Part shown: in pieces, positions 23,401 through 33,110 of the stretch | How positions within the stretch are numbered: the stretch's first letter is position 1 | Layout: every line of letters starts with the position of its first letter | Assembly (NCBI GenBank): GCA_963700635.1 | Contig: CAVOYH010000003.1 | Location: forward strand, 1 to 64,000 | Length of the DNA stretch: 64,000 nt | Reading direction: 5' to 3' | DNA from: an uncultured Bacteroidota bacterium | GTDB taxonomy: Bacteria > Bacteroidota > Ignavibacteria > UBA10030 > UBA6906 | Program-made: the position numbers and the translations under genes | Notes under the pieces: model-generated | What the model was told of the DNA's origin: nothing | Seen by the model: only the letters and a program-made list of their open reading frames with translations | Databases searched by the model: none

Positions 23401-23909
23401 TTGATATGATAATAAAACGACTGCACTTCCTGGCCGGTTTCGTTCACGATCTCCATCCGGGCACTCCGGGCGAAAGGCATCGGAAAATAGCAGTAGTATC
23501 CGCCGCTTGACATTCCCAGAAACGGAGTAAGATAGTGTTTGTAGGCAAACCCCGTCCCGAAAAAATCACCTACCGGTACTTCGACCGACGGATGTTGCTC
23601 ACCATCCCAGTAGGCGCGCAGGACCAACCGACGCAGGAAGTGTTTATCCGGGGACATGATGGTGAACCACATCCCTACAATCACACCCGGGCCACGAATA
23701 TCCGCAATAACTGCAGTCTCACCTGGCGGAATCGCCACAAAGTCGCTGTTTTCACCCGACGTATCATTGCTCGAAAGCTGCAGCAAGCGGCCTTCTTTGA
23801 GCTGCGGCAAAAGTGCCGGTGAGAGGAGATTCTCCAGCGTGTGCTGCGCACGTGATTCGCCGGAGACAACAGCACACAGAAGTAGACCCAGAACAAAACG
23901 CCGTATCAT
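23375..23909 (-). CDS. DUF2961 / GH172-family glycoside hydrolase, 3' truncated at the junction
   Basis: Signal peptide, then IADIRGPGVIVGMWFT, LRAYWDGEQHPSVEVPVGDFFG, YCYFPMPFARSARMEIVNE, YYHINY. Confidence 0.85.
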
Positions 23910-23994
23910 ATGGTGCACCCTTTGGTGTTGAGATATGTGTCGTTGAACTTCCGGACTGACCTGCATCGTCCTGTCCGCCTCTGTCCGGATGTCA

Positions 23995-26796
23995 TTACCG
24001 GACGGCATCTTTCACGCAACGGAAACCCACCGTCCCACACCGATCGAACCCCGGTGCGACAAGCAGGAGGATTTGCGGGTTGTCAACCGGCTGGGGGCCT
24101 CCCCGTACATACCACCAGCTCGTCGTCGGACTGTAGTAACTTCCCCCCCGCATCATGACAAAATTGAACGTCCCGTTGTTGTACACGTCTCCGGTAAGCT
24201 GCCAGACGTTTCCCACAAGATCCATCACTCCGAACGGACTTGCCCCTGTCGGGTATGCATCCACCGCAGTTGTCGACGTGTTGCCATAGTTACACCGTGT
24301 CGAATCGAATTCCGTGCCCCATGGATACTTGCGGCCGTCACTGCCCTGTGCAGCATACTGCCATTCCACTTCTGTGGGGAGTCGTTTTCCGGCCCAGCGG
24401 GCGTACGCGTCGGCGTCACCACGATCCACATACACGACGGGATGGTTTTCCATACCCGGGGACGGACTTGCACCGTTCCAGTGTTTCAGGAAGTTGTCGG
24501 GATCAGAGGGCGTGTACTTCGTGGCGACAAGAAATTCTTTGAACTCAGCGTTGGTCACCGGGTACGTGTCCATGTACAACGCGGGGAGCTCAAATGTCTT
24601 TGGCTCCAGCGACCCGGGATATGGGATAACTTCGTTCGGACTCAGAAAACTCCGGGTGGACCGGTACGTGAACGATCCGGGGGAGATCCGCACCATGCCC
24701 GGCGGCACCGATTGTGAAGGCGCTGTCCGGAGTTTCCGGGATATCAACCGCGGGGTTGCAAGCGGAATCTCGAGCACACGTTCATCAATCAGGTCTGTGG
24801 AATCAAAGAGCTGGACGACAACCTTCCCCTCGTGCCTGCCAAGGCGGTCGAGAAGAGAAATGGCGTGGGTGCCTGCCGAAAGCTCCGCGGACCGGGCAGC
24901 GTACGAGGGAGCACCTGCCCACACGAGGATTTTTGTTCCGCGGGGAGCACTCACCATGAGCGAATCCTGATCCAGTGAGACCGAGAGTAACGTCGGGAAG
25001 ACCGCAATACAGTCGAGACTTCCTTCCCGGCGCGTCCCGAGCCACGATCGGCTGAAGCCCTCGGCCGTGACAGGAATTGCTACGCTGTCATTGGTGATAT
25101 CCACGGTGAGTTCTTCGTGATGCCAGAGATCAACGAGGTGCTCACCGGGTTTGAGTTTCGTGCGGAACAACGGACCGCTCCATCCCTCCGGGCGCAGGTT
25201 AAAGACGGTAAAGAGAGTCTTTGAGGGTGTCGGCCAGGCGTTCACCCAGATACTATCGGCCGTGGTGTGAAGCAAAGGGTTCCAGGAGGGACTGAGAAAC
25301 GCGGAGCTGTTTTCACGGAGGATTTTTGTCGTGCGCCCCAGGTAGCCGAGTTCCTCTTCTATCCAATCCGGCCGTCCCGGCCGCATGATGTTGAGTTCCG
25401 AACCGTAGCCGTTAAAAAAAGCCACGGCAACTTCCCGGTGAATTCTCCCTTCGGCAAGCTGGATCACTCTAAAAATGGCAAAATCCGGTTTGATCAGCTT
25501 GTTGAGGTTCAGCGGCGGCGGCATATAGATGGCGTCATGGACTCTTCCGGCAACGATACCCGGCATGTCTCTGGGCACGGCCATTCCTTCACTGTACATG
25601 ATGATCCCCGGCTTCACACGGTCGGCTGCACTCTGGAACTCCCCGCTCGATTGACCCCATGTATCAAGCACAACACCATCAGCCTGCATCGTGCGAAGCA
25701 TCCCCTCCATGCCGGCAAGATGGTCTTCCCGGCGCGTGCTTTCGTCCCACGGATTGTATGCGATAAAATAGCGCGTCCCCTGAGCCTGGGCAAAATGCAC
25801 CTGCCGGCGAATCTCTTCGAGTCCGCCGGGAAGATCACGGTACATGTCCCACTGGTTCCGCTGATCGACGCCAAGACGGGGCCAGGTGGGCCAGAGCATA
25901 TATGCTTCAAATCCACCAACCAGTGTCTCCCATTTTGAAAGGAATGTGTCAAACCGGTATCCCCCGGTCATCGCATCGTAGTAGTCCTGGTCCCAGGCAA
26001 ATTGGAGCATCAACAGATAACTCTTCCGGATCCAGGAAAGATCGGCGCGCTGGAACAACGTCGTGTCGAATGTCTCCAGATCATACAGCCATCGTTCCTG
26101 AAACATCATCCGGAGTCCGTCGCGCCAGTCGCCCTTATGATCATCAATGTACAGATTGTAGGTGACCCAACCCCGGGGCGGGATCAGAGCCCGGAACCGG
26201 CGGAGACCGGCGGATGCGGTATCCGAACGGCGAGCAATCGCGGTGAGTGACCGTCCACCACTCGCATGAACATCACAGAACCCCATCTCCCACGCATTAT
26301 CGGGGAGAACGACTCCGATGGGTCCCATTCCCGGACGGAACAGGGCTGACCGGCTCAGACGAAATTGGTACGATTGCGGTCCATGCGCGCGAATGAACAC
26401 GCGGTCAGCACTTTCCCCCAGCGGAACCACATTCGACAATTCTATCGTGTCTGCCGAAACATTCCGGAATGTTATGGATACATGCACACCGCGTGTCGAA
26501 GGGGAGGAAAACCGAAGCACACCTTCAAGGTGGCGGGGGGCTTTCCACCGCACACTGTCCCCTTCTTTCCATGATGTAAAATGTGCAGACGAGACAAGGG
26601 TGTCGTTCACCCAGAAACTCAACACTGGTATCGGCCTGTCCAGCCGGTTCAGCCGGCCGTCGGCGCCGGTATATCCGGTTATCATGAGTCCCCTCTCCGT
26701 GCTCACCTCCACGCTCCGGATATGCTGGGCAACACTGCACGCCGTTGCGATAATACAGACGAGCAGCACCCGGAAAATCAGCTGTCTCTTCATCAT
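23995..26796 (-). CDS. secreted protein with a GH-like central domain and a C-terminal FGE-sulfatase (SUMF1) fold
   Basis: C-terminus YPVTNAEFKEF, HPVVYV, GKRLPTEVEWQYAA, DLVGNVWQ, RGGSYY, GFRCVKD. Central LWPTWPRLGVDQRNQWD, YNPWD, ADGVVLDT. Confidence 0.8.
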   Translation of the reverse strand: MMKRQLIFRVLLVCIIATACSVAQHIRSVEVSTERGLMITGYTGADGRLNRLDRPIPVLSFWVNDTLVSSAHFTSWKEGDSVRWKAPRHLEGVLRFSSPSTRGVHVSITFRNVSADTIELSNVVPLGESADRVFIRAHGPQSYQFRLSRSALFRPGMGPIGVVLPDNAWEMGFCDVHASGGRSLTAIARRSDTASAGLRRFRALIPPRGWVTYNLYIDDHKGDWRDGLRMMFQERWLYDLETFDTTLFQRADLSWIRKSYLLMLQFAWDQDYYDAMTGGYRFDTFLSKWETLVGGFEAYMLWPTWPRLGVDQRNQWDMYRDLPGGLEEIRRQVHFAQAQGTRYFIAYNPWDESTRREDHLAGMEGMLRTMQADGVVLDTWGQSSGEFQSAADRVKPGIIMYSEGMAVPRDMPGIVAGRVHDAIYMPPPLNLNKLIKPDFAIFRVIQLAEGRIHREVAVAFFNGYGSELNIMRPGRPDWIEEELGYLGRTTKILRENSSAFLSPSWNPLLHTTADSIWVNAWPTPSKTLFTVFNLRPEGWSGPLFRTKLKPGEHLVDLWHHEELTVDITNDSVAIPVTAEGFSRSWLGTRREGSLDCIAVFPTLLSVSLDQDSLMVSAPRGTKILVWAGAPSYAARSAELSAGTHAISLLDRLGRHEGKVVVQLFDSTDLIDERVLEIPLATPRLISRKLRTAPSQSVPPGMVRISPGSFTYRSTRSFLSPNEVIPYPGSLEPKTFELPALYMDTYPVTNAEFKEFLVATKYTPSDPDNFLKHWNGASPSPGMENHPVVYVDRGDADAYARWAGKRLPTEVEWQYAAQGSDGRKYPWGTEFDSTRCNYGNTSTTAVDAYPTGASPFGVMDLVGNVWQLTGDVYNNGTFNFVMMRGGSYYSPTTSWWYVRGGPQPVDNPQILLLVAPGFDRCGTVGFRCVKDAVR

Positions 26797-26808
26797 TTGG
26801 CTCTTTCT

Positions 26809-29614
26809 CTATTCTGCGACATCACGCATCATACGTGCGATGATTCCGGCCCAGATGTAGGTTTTGTGATATCCGGCCCAGGCTTCATCCGGACTGTAGA
26901 ATTCCCAGAAATTGTGATCCTTCTTGAGCTGCGCGATCATCCCGGCAGCCACCCGGTCCACCAGTTCGCGGGCTTCAGCGGTGTACCCGTAGTTGATCAA
27001 ACCGCGTTCGATCAGATACATCCACTCCACCCACACGGGTCCGTTCCAATATCCTTTGGGATTATAATACGGATCGTCCGCAGCCAGCGACGGAACCCCG
27101 TACGGCCTCCAGAATTTCGAAGTGTCGGTCAGCTTTTGCACCAGCCGGGCGGCCCGGCTGGAATCGGCAATCCCGGCCCACAGGGGAAGAAATCCGATCA
27201 TTTCCTCGCGCTTCAGGTCGTCGGGCCGAAGGAACGTAAAATCGTTGTCTTTTTTGTCCACCTGGAAATAGAATCCCCGATCTTCATCCCAGAACGTATC
27301 GTTGATCCGCCCGGCACGCTCGTCGGCATCATGTTGCCAGGCATCTGCCTCGCTTTCACGCCCGAGTTCGCGGGCCATAAGGGCGAGTGCTTTTGCCTCC
27401 ATGACGAGCATGGTGTTTGCATCGAGCGCCTCGAATTCCGCGGGCCAGCCGACTTCATCCCAGATGGCAACCCGCGCATCACGAACTGACTCAAGCACTG
27501 CTTCGCCACCCCACTCGCACAATCCGTCACCGTCCGAATCTCTGTTCTGCGTATAGTACCGGTAGAACCGCGCACTCGATTCATACATCTCGGCAAGAAA
27601 GGCCTTGTCCCTTGTTATCGAATACACTTCCCAGTTCTGCCAAGCGTACCATGGCGCCGACGTGGTCAGCTGATTCTTGTGAGGGATGGTTTCATCAAGA
27701 TAGGGTCCGGTCCGGTAGTTGATGTACCCGTCGTCGTGTTGCCGCTCGCGGTAGATTCGCTGTGAGTTCATCGCGCTCACCGGGTCCATCAGGGCATACG
27801 CCAGCATGGTCAGACTTTCGTGGAACACCTGTCCGCCATGCCCCCACCCCCATTGAGGTTCACGTGAGAAAACATAATAGTTGTATCCGCACCTGGCTTC
27901 CGGGGGCAACATTACCTGACGCATCAGAGAGAATGCGCTCCAGTAGAGCATCTCCTTGTCGGGATTTGAGAACCGTGGAACCGGAATCCGGCTGTACAAA
28001 AGTTCGTTCGCCCGGCGATACTTCTCAAGTCCCTCTGTCATCAGGGCCGTCGCCACCGAGAGAACCGAGTCTCTGTTCTGTCCTGGCCGGTAGACAGCCC
28101 GGACTACGCGTAGATGTTCTGTCGCGCCGGCTTCGATGGTGAACTTTTTCCAGGCAGTGATCACCCTGGCCAGATCCCGCGCATCTCCCTTCACCTGTCC
28201 GGGATACTTCACGTCCGTAAGAAAATCACTTCCTTCAATGTTATTGACCTCGGGCGAGGGCAGACTCATATTCCCCCGCGCATCAACGGCGGTCACCACA
28301 TAGCCATAAATCTTGTCATCGGTGATATTCTTGTCCGTAAAAAACGTCTGCAACGTGCCGAGTGCGACGTTCTCATACACGCCTCCTGCACGGTAGTCCC
28401 TGCGGTACACATTATACTTCGTGCCCGGGCCACCATCGGTCCAGTACAGCCGTAGTTCCGTGCCGCTCCCCCATATGTCACGTTTTACACCTGTGGGGGG
28501 TGGAGGAAGCGCGGAGGTGTTGAGGAGCAGATCGATCCGGCGGTCGTGAGACGATGCAGTATCTCCCACAGTACCCCGAACCACACCTGCTTCACCGGTT
28601 TCTTCACAGGCAATCGTGACACGTACACTATCCCCCTTTCTCACGACCCCGAAATTTCCCAGTTCGATAGAGTAGTATCCATACGAACGGATATTCGGGT
28701 CTGCGCTGCCCCAACGGGGCGCGTTCTCAATGAGAAGCCGTTTGGGATCCCCATTCAGCATGACGGCCATCCTCACAGGCCGGGCCCGGTGTACACACCG
28801 CTCTTTATTCGGATGGGAAATGGACCCCCAGAAAACGAACACGGGCGGGCGGCTGAGATCCACTTCCTGTGGAATCGCCACACTCCCCCACCTGTAACTT
28901 CTGAAACTGGCAATCCGATCGGGTGGTTTTGAAAACACCAGGAGGTCCCGGACCTTGTCAACGTAGGGTACTCCGTGGCCGAGGACCCAGCTATCAGGCA
29001 ACTCTTCATGCTGAAACGACACAGCGTTTGTTTCCCGCAACGGCGTCACATCCCCGAATGCACGGGTCTGGTTCTGAAGGAACGGAATAACGTCAAGCGT
29101 AAGCCTGGTGGCTCCGGTATTGGTGATGGCAAGATCCTGAACAGCAAGGGAAGAGCTCTGGACGAGGAATGTTGCGTCAACGCGCACATCGGGGAACGGC
29201 AGGAAGTAGTACGCCACCATGTCAGCATAGGAGGCCGTGATAACGGGGGGCTGGCTCATCGAACCCACCTCGTACACGAATCGTGACCCCTTCCGGAATC
29301 CTACCGACCAGGTGCCGGCGTTGTCCGTGACAAATTCTGCTCCTCGCGTGGAGTCGTAGAATACGAAGTGGTATCCCTCATCCAGCGTGAACTCCGACCG
29401 ATCCAGCGCGGCCGCATAGGTTGTGTAAAGCGGACTCTGTGCGTTGGCCTGAAGACGGGAAAGATATGGCTGCTGCCCGCCGAGATCTGCTGCGGAGGAC
29501 TCCATTGGCCGGGTCTGAACTGCCGGGGGCCGGGACGATTGGCGCAAAAAGGATCTCCCCGGGGAGAATTCCGGCCGTTATCCAGAACAACAGAATGATC
29601 TTTGTGATATTCAC
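26809..29614 (-). CDS. GH63/MGH1-like (alpha/alpha)6 glycoside hydrolase with Fn3 domain (one frameshift in the signal region)
   Basis: Fn3 (YNVYRR...YGYVVTAVDARGNMS), RDSDGDGLCEW, FWDEDRGFY, YWNGPVW, FWEFYSP. The signal peptide lies in the 29378-29614 ORF. Confidence 0.8.
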
Positions 29615-29683
29615 GGTGATGCCCTTGTGTTTTTATCGTGAGTTTCTCTGTATCGCGCCGGACGGATCACCGGAACGAACCTC

Positions 29684-32092
29684 TTAGTACACCAGCTGAA
29701 CACGATATACCGTTCCGTTTCCTCCGGAGAACGACAAAACTCCTTCGCGTCCGGTTGGTGTCTCAACAATCTGCTGCCCGGTGGTTTGATCAATCATCCT
29801 GAGCACAACCGGAGACTCTGAGCTATACTGCATGGTCGAAAACACGTCACCCGATCCTGTCGCCCGGAGCGTTACGGTGAGGGTGAGATTACGGAATCGG
29901 AGGTTTGAGATTGTATATTCTCCCCCGTCCGCGAGGAACCGGGTGGGCAGACACGGTGCGAGCAGAAATGCAGACGCCGCCGGATGTTCAGTCTCCCTAA
30001 ATCCGAAAATGTTGCGGATAACAAAAAGCGGAAGCGTGGCGCCCCAGCCATAGTGTTCTCCCCCGGCAGGACCATCATGCACCGGCCAGTATTCGTTTGC
30101 AACGCCGGGGATCCGATACGAAAACGGATCCGGGCCCGGCACAACGGTGAGGGCGTCCGTCCGCCGGTACACCCTGTCTGCTGTTGTTGCGACCACGTTG
30201 GCGGCGCTCAGCCGTTCTCCCGCATTCCACGCTGCTTCGGCATACGTAAGCAATGATGGCGGCCACTCAAGCGCCCCGGGGGGTGAATCGGCAAACTGGC
30301 GAATCGCCGGTCGAATGGCAGTGACGTGGGCAGGCGGTGCCACACCACACGTCAACGGGGCCAGCATCATCACATCATACCCGTCTTCGTGAAGAATCGG
30401 TCTGCCGGTGCGTCCATCCACGTCACAATACCGTCCATCAAAGAACATTGCCCTTGTGTTCGCGATGCGCCGTTCCGCGAGAGTGTTCCACTGACGTGCG
30501 TCGGAATCCCGTCCCAGGATCGTGGCAAACTGCTTCAGAATCTCCAGGGCGCGGGCCATGCTGGCCTCCACATCCACTGTGCGAACGAAGTCCGCCACGG
30601 CCCCTTCGTTCTGTTCGGCGACGAGAAAACGCCGTGAACCATCCTGCCCCGATTCCCAGCTGTTGTTACAGTGTAACCATCCGTCCGTATCGGTTCTGTT
30701 CTCCAGCCACCAGAGTGCATACGCTTTCAGAAACGGATAGATCTGTCCGGCCCACGCCGTGTCTCCGGACATCGCAAACAATGAAGAAAGAACCTGGAAC
30801 GGATATCCCCACATGGGCGCCGTTCCACATTCTGAGCCATCGGCAGAAATCATATTCACACTGCCGTCTTCGCGGACGCAGGGAACATTGGGAGCAATCG
30901 CGTCCGCAAACGTTCCATAGAGTACACGCCGTGCGAGGTGCGGGTCCGCATAGCTCAGCGCCAGCATATCAATCGCCGTTTCCCCAAGCACCACGCGGGG
31001 AGCGTGAATCTGCATGCCATCCCATGGGTGACGGAAGATGCCCAGCGGCCGGCGGACTGTCATCCGGAGAGTTTCGTAGTCATAGACCCATCCGCGCTTC
31101 CAGTAGCCGGGCCAATCCCCTTGCAGGGTAGGACACGCGTCCCAGAACCGTGCATCGTCGGCGAGAAGGGCTCTGACGGAATCCATCGCCGACCCGAGTG
31201 CCCGGCGAAGTTCAATACGGGCAAGGGACTCATTTGTCGCGCGGCTCAGACACACCAGCATCGTCTTCTGTTCACCCGGCTGCAGTGCCATGGCGTACCG
31301 TTGTGCCGTAAATAATGGGCCGCGCCCCTGGACAAACGCTGCTGGAACTGAAACCGGATTTTGCTGCCGGATCCAGGAGGAGAGAGACTCTTCCGAAGCA
31401 GTCGCATAGTGCGCAACCGGAGAACCGGAGGCACCGAGGGCACAGACGTCGCCGTACGCCCAGATCTTGCTGATGCTTATGCCTGCGGCCGTATCGTAAC
31501 GCACCGTCAGGCCGTCGCTCCCCCACCACTTCGTCTCCCCCAGAGTGTAGAGGTGTCCCGAATGCAGCACGACAGAACGCGGGGCAGACGAAGTGTTCAA
31601 CACCACCACGTCACACGCCAGCGTATGTTCGGATGGCAGAAAATACCGGAGACTTACCACGACACCTTCCGCGGCCCAATCGTAACTCATCAGCGATTTT
31701 GTATGATACGAGGAAGACAACGGTGTATCCGCGGCTGAAACAAAATCCCGCTCAGTCAGGAAAGTCTTTCCCTCTATGGCCACAGCCATGCGCAGGATGG
31801 CGATGTAATTGACATGATCCCTATCGCCGGAGGCGTACGCTCCCTTGTGGAAATCCGTACGCCACCATCCGAACCCCAGGGGCGGGTAAGAGCGGACCAC
31901 GCCGCTGCGATTGGCAACCATGCTATGGTATGGATTGTCCAGATAGCCATGGGGAGTGTATGTATCGCGGGGAAAGGCTGATGGCAGGAGGGAGACAGGG
32001 GGGGGCGTGTCCTGACAAAAAGCCGGCACAACAGCCGCGGCCCATACCACGAGCCATACCGCGGGGATGAGACGACATAGCCGTGCGTGCAT
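29684..32092 (-). CDS. GH63/trehalase-like six-hairpin glycoside hydrolase
   Basis: Signal peptide, WWLENRTDTDGWL, SWESGQDGSRRF, VDVEASM, ANEYW, YGWGA. Confidence 0.7.
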   Translation of the reverse strand: MHARLCRLIPAVWLVVWAAAVVPAFCQDTPPPVSLLPSAFPRDTYTPHGYLDNPYHSMVANRSGVVRSYPPLGFGWWRTDFHKGAYASGDRDHVNYIAILRMAVAIEGKTFLTERDFVSAADTPLSSSYHTKSLMSYDWAAEGVVVSLRYFLPSEHTLACDVVVLNTSSAPRSVVLHSGHLYTLGETKWWGSDGLTVRYDTAAGISISKIWAYGDVCALGASGSPVAHYATASEESLSSWIRQQNPVSVPAAFVQGRGPLFTAQRYAMALQPGEQKTMLVCLSRATNESLARIELRRALGSAMDSVRALLADDARFWDACPTLQGDWPGYWKRGWVYDYETLRMTVRRPLGIFRHPWDGMQIHAPRVVLGETAIDMLALSYADPHLARRVLYGTFADAIAPNVPCVREDGSVNMISADGSECGTAPMWGYPFQVLSSLFAMSGDTAWAGQIYPFLKAYALWWLENRTDTDGWLHCNNSWESGQDGSRRFLVAEQNEGAVADFVRTVDVEASMARALEILKQFATILGRDSDARQWNTLAERRIANTRAMFFDGRYCDVDGRTGRPILHEDGYDVMMLAPLTCGVAPPAHVTAIRPAIRQFADSPPGALEWPPSLLTYAEAAWNAGERLSAANVVATTADRVYRRTDALTVVPGPDPFSYRIPGVANEYWPVHDGPAGGEHYGWGATLPLFVIRNIFGFRETEHPAASAFLLAPCLPTRFLADGGEYTISNLRFRNLTLTVTLRATGSGDVFSTMQYSSESPVVLRMIDQTTGQQIVETPTGREGVLSFSGGNGTVYRVQLVY

Positions 32093-32158
32093 GTCACCTT
32101 CGCTTAATCACACAAGCTGAATGAGGAACGGCCGCGGGCCTGGAGTGCAGCAGCAAAC

Positions 32159-33079
32159 TCAGAACGACACGCCGATGCCGATACGATGGCTTCCGCCGAG
32201 GGTCGTGTAGTTGCTGTACGAGTAGTCTGCCCGCAAGCCGAGTCCCTGCACGTCAAAGGCGGCGCCTGCGCCCGCGGACCATGTTGCGGTGGAATAGTTC
32301 AGCCGATATCCGCCCCGAAGAAAGAATGTATTCTGGTAGTTCCATTCTCCTCCCACCTGCCCCTGGGGTTCTCCTTCATTGGGCTTTACGGCAGCAAAAC
32401 TGACGAGGAATTTTTGATCATCGCCGTCGATGGCGTTCATGGCCATCCCGAATTGGAAATTTGTCGGGAGTGGATAGGATTCGTTCACGTACTGGATGTT
32501 CGATCCGAAGTCCGCAATCTCCAGGGCAAACCTGAATCCGCGAAAATCCGACACATACATCACGGCGATGTCAAGCGAAAACGCATCGGCGCTGAACTCC
32601 CGGTACAATTTCAGATTCAGATAGCTGAGCGTGAGACCGAAGGTAACGCGGTCGGTGAGAAACCGTGCATACGATAGGCCAAACCGGTAATTCCCCGCAT
32701 AGAATGTCTCTCCCGTTCCCTCCGGCTGCAACGGCGTGCGCACCTTCATTTCATCCGTGTAGAGTGCGGTAACCGACACGCCAAACGCACCGAGATCATC
32801 GAAATTCTGCGAGGCAGCGACAAAATCGTGGTTGATGCCGGCAAACCAGGATGTGTGCGTGAACACCACATCCCTGCTGGGTACCCACGGCAATGCCGCA
32901 GGGTTGTAATAGGTAGCCTCGGCACCCTGCACGGCGGCCAGGTATGCATCACTCATTCCCGTTCCGCGTGCGCTCACGCCAATCTTGAGGAATTGTGCAT
33001 CCGTACTGCCCGGACGGTTATACTGTCCGTACAGCAGGTGGGGGAGTAGTACCATCAATCCGATCAACATGTGTTTCAT
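32159..33079 (-). CDS. PorV/PorQ-family (FadL-like) outer-membrane barrel
   Basis: AQFLKIGVSARGTGMSDAY, YYNPAAL, HTSWFAGI, FFLRGGY, ADYSY, HRIGIGVSF (terminal Phe). Confidence 0.85.
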   Translation of the reverse strand: MKHMLIGLMVLLPHLLYGQYNRPGSTDAQFLKIGVSARGTGMSDAYLAAVQGAEATYYNPAALPWVPSRDVVFTHTSWFAGINHDFVAASQNFDDLGAFGVSVTALYTDEMKVRTPLQPEGTGETFYAGNYRFGLSYARFLTDRVTFGLTLSYLNLKLYREFSADAFSLDIAVMYVSDFRGFRFALEIADFGSNIQYVNESYPLPTNFQFGMAMNAIDGDDQKFLVSFAAVKPNEGEPQGQVGGEWNYQNTFFLRGGYRLNYSTATWSAGAGAAFDVQGLGLRADYSYSNYTTLGGSHRIGIGVSF

Positions 33080-33110
33080 CGTCTTCACCCTCGGTGGCAC
33101 GGAGGCACTC

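Noticed and set aside
23190-24008. 272-aa ORF as a complete DUF2961 protein with a novel tail
   Set aside because: The tail after ...YRQLPAPP is antisense read-through into the other genome's DNA across the junction.
23995-24200. FGE/C-type-lectin fold C-terminus as a diversity-generating retroelement target
   Set aside because: No reverse transcriptase and no template-repeat copy of this region was seen in the window.
29378-29614. Separate 78-aa ORF upstream of the GH63-like gene
   Set aside because: It is the signal peptide of the 26809 gene, displaced by a one-base indel (ILFA|QSSRPP).
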